Assembly (NCBI RefSeq): GCF_000315625.1
Contig: NW_005434593.1
Location: 235,648-299,647, forward strand
Origin: Guillardia theta CCMP2712
Taxonomy: Eukaryota > Protista > Cryptophyta
DNA length: 64,000 nucleotides
Direction: 5' to 3'
Part shown: piece by piece, positions 62,892 through 64,000 of the stretch
Layout of the letters: the number at the start of each line of letters is the position of its first letter
How positions within the stretch are numbered: position 1 is the stretch's first letter
Notes under the pieces: model-generated
The model's input: the letters and a program-made list of their open reading frames with translations, nothing else
The model's database searches: none
What the model was told of the DNA's origin: nothing
Translations under genes and position numbers: made by a program

Positions 62892-63589
62892 TTATACTGT
62901 ATGATTCCTTGTATGCATGCGAGCAAGAATACTGTTGTGAATTCCTGAGGTAAAAACATTTCAGACAAACTCTACAGATAAATCAAGCATTCAAAGGATA
63001 ACAACTGCACGATGGCTAAGCGACAGCAAACCATGTTCCCTCCCTGACACTAGGGGCACTTCCTGGTTCAGTTCTCCTTTTCCATCTCTTGATGCACTTT
63101 AACCGAATCTCGAAAGCTCGTCTAAACATCATCCCTCCTCTTCCTCAGCCCCTTTGACCTAGCTGATCATTCTAACTCTCCTCCCTCCTCCCTCCTCCCT
63201 ACTCCCTCCTCCCTCCTCCCTCCTCCCTCCTCCATGTGACCCTCGCTATTGATGTAACTTTCGCCATACCCACTATTTTATCTTGACAACACTGAAATAA
63301 TGGACCAAGATTTGAAAATTAATGGATATCGTCCAAAATGGTTCAAATATCTGTGGGTGCCTCCCTTATTATTGTACCCCTTCTTTCTCCACGTTTCCGA
63401 ACAAAAAAGCTAGAGGGGGGGTGGGGGTCCCAGATATCTATCTTCAGAGTCACTTATCAATCCGTACCCTACCCCACTTATTCCATGCTACCTGCCTATG
63501 AAAGGTACCCCTACCACCGGTCAGTCCCGCTTTTTACTACAGCCGTTTCCGATGAGTGACCAACCGAGTTGTCCTCGTACTGATTTTTA

Positions 63590-63606
63590 ACTTAACTTTG
63601 AGTAAA
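63590..63606 (+). promoter_or_regulatory. Conserved intergenic 17-mer ACTTAACTTTGAGTAAA (copy 2)
   Basis: Identical to 34809-34825; lies in the divergent promoter between the Zn2Cys6 and fucosyltransferase-like genes. Confidence 0.5.
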
Positions 63607-63681
63607 GTAGGTCTGAGACTGTCACTGAAACCGGGCCCGGGGGGACAGGCCCCGGGGATATGCCTGAGGCGGGCTAGCGCC

Positions 63682-64000
63682 ATGGTGCGAACAACATCCA
63701 CCAGCGCCCTGCTGATATGCTGCCTGCTGCTGGCGATGCCAGGAGGAGGAGCGAGGGGGGAAGAGACTGATCTCCTGCTCGCAGCTACTTCTAGCTCCAG
63801 CCTCTTCGAGCTGTACTCGCAGCATCATCGTGCGGCCCTGGAGGAGGCTCGAACGAACCCTCGCGCTGCAAGGATCCTGGTGTGCCAGCCATTGTACGGG
63901 CTAGCAAACCGGCTGAGGGCGATGATGAGCTGCTTTGTGATTGCTCTTGCAACCAACCGCATCATGTTTGTAGACTGGGAGCACCAGCACACGAAGTTCT
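63682..64000 (+). CDS. Fucosyltransferase-like glycosyltransferase (GT37/GT23/NodZ-like), 5' part
   Basis: Signal/anchor, then ILVCQPLYGLANRLRAMMSCFVIALATNRIMFVDW, matching the GLGNRL...ALLTNRVLLVDW motif. Runs off the window. Confidence 0.75.
   Translation, partial: MVRTTSTSALLICCLLLAMPGGGARGEETDLLLAATSSSSLFELYSQHHRAALEEARTNPRAARILVCQPLYGLANRLRAMMSCFVIALATNRIMFVDWEHQHTKF

Noticed and set aside
1-64000. Transposable elements, viral insertions, rRNA or tRNA genes
   Set aside because: No transposase, RT, integrase or capsid motifs, terminal repeats or structural RNA signatures were recognised by eye. A covariance-model search would be needed to exclude small RNAs.

Overview
Gene-dense, intron-rich eukaryotic nuclear DNA, most consistent with a cryptophyte alga (Guillardia/Hanusia-like). 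This is an inference from the 40-60 nt GT-AG introns with CTGAC-like branch points, a signal peptide + Phe+1 plastid-targeting presequence, and GA/CT-rich spacers. About 20 protein genes were reconstructed by manual splicing, so boundaries are approximate. In order: DDI1 exon, CCDC162-like giant coiled-coil protein, WW-MIT-DH-PH-EF-hand-TM RhoGEF, PDZ protein, receiver-like/LRR protein, ASH2L, secreted LysM protein, two lineage-specific hypotheticals, a tandem pair of sulfotransferase-like type II membrane proteins, a small membrane/secreted protein, a beta/gamma-crystallin + prolyl-4-hydroxylase-like protein, a 53-aa microprotein, a histidine phosphatase, a tetraspan protein, a giant LamG/Cys-rich repeat protein, an ARM protein, a plastid HAD phosphatase, a Zn2Cys6 transcription factor and a fucosyltransferase-like gene. 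Highlights: (1) the P4H domain has lost both Fe-binding histidines and is a probable pseudoenzyme; (2) a tail-anchored RhoGEF carrying EF-hands; (3) homogenisation of sequence in the sulfotransferase pair and in the 405-bp coding repeats; (4) a recurring intergenic pattern of an oriented ATGGCG motif, TACCCC tracts, an identical 17-mer ACTTAACTTTGAGTAAA and CCGG-rich blocks. No rRNA, tRNA, CRISPR array or transposon ORF was recognised.
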